Shown: positions 59,428 through 64,000 of the stretch, piece by piece
Numbering within the stretch: the first letter of the stretch is position 1
Layout of the letters: each line of letters opens with the position of its first letter
Assembly (NCBI GenBank): GCA_036172245.1
Contig: JAYWIR010000005.1
Span: 3,162,001 to 3,226,000, forward strand
DNA length: 64,000 bases
Origin: Raillietiella orientalis
Taxonomy: Eukaryota
Direction of reading: 5' to 3'
Program-made: the position numbers and the translations under genes
The notes under the pieces: model-generated
Database searches by the model: none
What the model was told of the DNA's origin: nothing
Seen by the model: only the letters and a program-made list of their open reading frames with translations

Positions 59428-60615
59428 TCATGTAATTTTATTTATCTTTGCTAAACTATCAAGATTACAGCAAAGCAATCTTTGATGATAATTCATTATC
59501 ATTAAGCTGTGCTGAGTAACAGACTGCAATGTGTTTGAAATTCCAAAATATATGCTGGACAAAGAGGGATACTGGACAACTTTCTGGAGCTGAGTTACAT
59601 TCAGTACCTGATTCTCTACAATGGCACCTAAAGAAAAGGAATCAAAGAGTAGAAACCATAAATCAATACATACATAGCAGTTGCAGTTGACCACGGTGTG
59701 CTCTGAGCACTTTCAACATATCACTGGTTTGGCATGTTTCTCCTGCTATTAATGCTTCCCAGCCTATAAAAATTGATAACAATGATTCTAAAGGAGTATT
59801 GCTAAAGGCTCTTATGAACACATTTCTGGGAAAGCTAATGTACTTGAGTTTCTTCTTGAAAAAATCATATTCCACCTAAAATTGCAAAAAACTTTCAATG
59901 AAGTACACTTTTGTATTCACTAATGCAATCATGCAAATTTGGAACAAATGAAATAAAGGCTTTGCACAACTAAAGATACTAAATGAATTAGATCGATGGG
60001 TCATATACCTTGTACTTATCATGGCCCTTCATTGAATTTCTGTGTACAATTCCAATTAATGAACAGTTTTTAATATCATCCATTACGCTCTTTGCTATCA
60101 AGGTTTCATAAGGATTATACTAAAATGAGAATTGTTTAAAACACAGTTAAAGCTAAAAAAAATAAAATATTTATGTTCAATGTAATACCACAATAATCAC
60201 TGTTGAATAATTATCATCTGAACCAAGCAGTGCTTCATCATGAAAGAAAACATCCAGACCATTTTAGACATGACTACACAAGACAAAACTACCAGTGTCT
60301 CAGCAACTGAAGCATATATTCCAAGATACCAGGAATTCACATACTTCCTCAGTGATGGGTTTTGGTGTAATCCCAAATGGTATTGGTTTCTTTTCGTATG
60401 GTAAACGTGGCTTCGTAACCTTTAGATACAGTGCCTTAACAAAAGTTGGATTTATAGGTCGTTTAGTGTTGGGTTTTCTGAATCTTACTGTTTGTTTAAT
60501 TGGATTATCTCCATCTAACAAAGAGAGTTTATTTTGATGGTATATACAGCTTTAGAAATGCTTTCATTCAAATGATGAAATAATACTTACGACAGAATTT
60601 CATAAAACAGTTCAT
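59428..60615 (-). CDS. MRPL10: Mitochondrial 39S ribosomal protein L10
   Basis: Exons 60615-60591, 60514-60345, 60119-60009, 59875-59674, 59627-59428 join in frame (235 aa) with GT-AG introns. VRFRKPNTKRP...VTKP, NPYETLIAK, LQLLCAIVENQVL, YPSL, HQRLLCCNLD resemble arthropod mRpL10. First exon less certain. Confidence 0.82.
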
Positions 60616-62879
60616 GATTCACGTCACCCTAAAACCAAAAAACAGGGCATGCAAAAATCATGTAGTGGTTTTTTTTGTAATATTTTTTTCGAGATGAAGC
60701 TTTCATAAGACCTTTGGTTGCAAAAAAATTACGGAAATCCGACTTGCAATTCCATTGCTAATGAAGCATCCCATTTGAAATGTTCCGAGATTACACCCGA
60801 GCAAAATCCCGGGCACGCTGCTCTTTCACATCCAGCAAGGAAACCTGGCAACGACCAGGTCAACGTGTTGAAACGGTCTCAGCGCAACGGGATGAATGCA
60901 GAATCGTGCACAAAAAAATCAACGCTTCGGCAAACACTCTTTAAAACTTTGACCAGCCATTCTAAACGTAAAATAGAGTTTTGATCTCTGCGATTTATAC
61001 CTCATGTGTTGACACGATTTCCCCAGAAGCACATTCCAGAAATACATGAGTGTGTTCAAGAGCCTGTAAAGAATTTGAACTAAATAAGACTAGTGTCTTA
61101 TTAGTTGATTTCGTGGATAAATAACTTGCTTTCTTTTTATGAAATTTAGACAAGGAAGTGACATGCTTCGCGTATGTGAGTGGTCTCAGACTGTTCCCTA
61201 CGATGAAAGTTTCACTGTCCCATTCAATATTACGAGTCCATAGACGCCGGTCAGTCGTAACAGTCTGAATTCAAACAGCTTTGGCTTTTTCATAAAAATT
61301 CCCAAGACTTATTGCGTTCCTTTCCTTACTAATTCCTTGTCTGTGCATTCATAGCACAGAATTTTCCATTCAAATATTTCTTTAGCACAGTGTATATTCG
61401 TTTTTCTTTCCTATTGAAATATAACTGAGGACACGCCAAACAATTATGGAAGCATAGAACAAACTAGATTAATAATAAAGCAAAAGTTCATAAAAACTTC
61501 TCAGATTGGGTTGATTTCATGTATGTTGATTTAGTTAATGCTTGAAAGTTGAAAGGTCTTCGTTGAAGTTCTTTATGCCCTTCGTGTTAGGTTTAGCAAA
61601 ACCAATGGAAGAACACGGACATTGGATTTTATGAATTGAATGTCCCTTCAGAAGGAGTGCCAGCACACACACTTGTGTGTATTTTTTTCAACACTAAAGA
61701 CGTACTACGTGGAGATGAGCAATACATGGAATGTTAATCGTCACATTGTGTTGATTTTTCATATAGAATGATTCGTTTTGAGTGCTTTGGTTTTATGGTT
61801 TTTGGTTTTTGTATTTTTCTTGGCTTTACAAAGATTTCACTGTTTATGACTTAACGATGCACATCTGCTATTTAGGTTTCTTTCAACGGAATGGGAGGTT
61901 GCACCTTGAAGTGAACTTTCCTACTTCTCTTGGCATTACTATCCAGAAGTCTCAACGTGTTCTCTCACTGTTGAAACAAATGTGATATTGGCCATTCCTT
62001 TTTGTACCTTGAGAATTTATCATTTGAATTCCCAGGCATATCAAGACACTTGCCTTGATATATAAATGCTAAACTTTTACTTTGTTCATACTTTGTCAAA
62101 TTCCTTAATCCTTCTAACTCTTGATTTTGAATTGAAATAGTAATCAGAAGCCACTTACGTGCAGTAGCGTTTCAGTTTTAACGAGTTAGCTGATTCCTTC
62201 AAGGTGTTTTCTATTTCCTATTCTTTTTGGTTCTTTCAATTTATATAATTTGTGTTGATATTGATTTTCTGCAAAAAAACTGTTGCTTTTTTTCTCATTT
62301 TTTACTGGCTTAAAACATCAAATTTAAAGAACTATGCAAAAAATCATGTGGACATTTTTCAGTACTTTTAGCATTCTTCACTCAATTATGAAGTCGGAGT
62401 TTATTAATCACTTAAGTATTAAACTTCAGATATTCATCTCTATTCTGTGTTGTTTTTGCCGCATCTTTAATGTAAATCAAGTAGCAGAATCGATACAATT
62501 CTGTTTTGTAATGCAAATACATTTCACAATGCGGAAACTAATACGAAGAAAGCACTTGGAAGTAATATAACATTTGTAATATCTTAACCAGTAAATGAGA
62601 TGACTTCAAGCGCATTTATATTTTTTTAAGGTTTTCGTTTGCACTTTAGATTATTGGAATTTGTTTTAAAGTCGTGCTTTGTTTTGAGAAATGAAAGAAA
62701 CCGAATGCTAATGGCTCAGTTACATTTTTAATGTTCTCATAATAGTTTCACTTTATCAAATAATCCTGGTTTACATGAATTCAGAATACCACTGCTAGTT
62801 GATGTTCTTTCAGAGACTTCCAATAAATAATTCATTGTGATCACAGTGAACATTAACAACCACTTTATGAAGCACCCGT

Positions 62880-62992
62880 TTATCAGCTGCAATGTGTAAG
62901 ATAACGATAAGATAATTTTCCAGCAAAGTTTAGGGAATTATCACTTATTCCAGTGATAATTAAGATAACTGCGATAACTTATCTTCTTATCA
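62880..62992. promoter_or_regulatory. Homotypic GATA-site cluster
   Basis: Ten GATAA/TTATC cores on both strands in 113 bp, including a 10-bp inverted pair AATTATCACT/AGTGATAATT. Confidence 0.55.
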
Positions 62993-64000
62993 TAAAAGAC
63001 TGGCTATAATAATATAAAATATTGACATTAGGATCAGTGTCATCGTCTACAAATAAGATGTATACCTCTGTGGAAAGGATTATTCTTTCCATTTGCCAAG
63101 AAGAAAGGGAAAAAGTGAGCTTTTCTCATTGAGCACTGAAGAGGAAGATCATGAATCGAATTACTGAGGCTATTCCTTCTTTGCAAACTATTCCTTCTTT
63201 CAATTACACAAATTGATCGCATAATGCATAACCCATTATACATAACATATACTGTGTGAAAGGAAATAGACATGCAGGAGAAAACCACTTTTGATCCCAC
63301 TGTGTCACTGAGGCCACAAACGCCTTGATTGATTGGCACCTGACTTGGCAGTTTCCATGCCTGCATGCAGGCGACGGACAAGCCTGGACACGGCGAGTGA
63401 GCATCGAGTCCACCCGTTCAGCAGTCATCTTGGGACAATAGGGAAATCTTCATTTCTCGTCTTCTTGGCTCTAGTGACAACAGTCACCTGCACACGAAAA
63501 GAAAGATCCAAAGAGAGATCTCTTGTAGCGAAAGGAGCTGTTTTTGGCGGCATCCCAAAAGCTGATTACATTGCCCATGGGCTGATATTTCTATCGGAAC
63601 TTTAGAAAGGAAATGGAAATTAATAAGCAATCATCTTCCCTTCGCATTTACTCTATTTCAACTGGGTCAGTGAGGTCTTATCGCGAACAAGAAGAAACAG
63701 CTCATGGAATGTACAGCTACTGGAAACTTCAGATCCTGCAAGACCGTCTCTTGCACATGTCACTGTTCGTGGTTCCGGACGATGAGGCAACAAGGGAAGA
63801 CCTCCAAGGAGCTGGGACCAGGCGCATTTCCACTCAATGTGGATCAACTGATGTGCTGCCTGGAAGGGAGGTTTCCCGGACCGAGCTGTGTGCGCCCCCG
63901 GGAAGCGCAACACTTCGTTCCTCGTTTGTTCACGGTGATGAAGAATGAGGAGCGCAAATCACGGGAAGTGTTTCGACACACGTGAAGGCACACTGCTTGC

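Noticed and set aside
60549..60551. Alternative MRPL10 acceptor giving a 41-nt intron
   Set aside because: Out of phase with the ATG-containing first exon and leads to an early stop; the acceptor at 60515 fits.
63613..63985. Overlapping ORFs at the window end
   Set aside because: No recognisable domain or clear splice structure; cannot be linked to the candidate promoter from this window.

Overview
Eukaryotic (invertebrate animal, most likely arthropod) genomic DNA, not prokaryotic. No CRISPR array, rRNA or intact tRNA gene was seen. Five intron-containing genes were reconstructed by hand: alpha-catulin (+, 11 coding exons 11958-28645; first coding exon not found), OTUD5 (+, 43928-45615), egalitarian (+, 52184-54388), MANF (-, 55070-54418) and MRPL10 (-, 60615-59428). 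The window has two sharply different domains. From 1 to ~39 kb it is GC- and CpG-rich, with the long-intron alpha-catulin gene and many heavily decayed I-group LINE fossils (one near full length, two head-to-head pairs). From ~39 to 63 kb it is AT-rich and holds compact genes with CpG-depleted bodies and 40-56 nt introns, plus a decayed Penelope-like element. The most notable observations are an alternative acceptor that would remove the TQT (LC8-binding) tail of a divergent Egalitarian, a tail-to-tail egl/MANF pair with stops 29 nt apart and poly(A) hexamers overlapping the stops, a candidate extra alpha-catulin exon, and a dense GATA cluster before a TATA/Inr-like promoter. All homology calls are from motif recognition by eye; no searches were run. 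Most entries in the ORF track are spurious.
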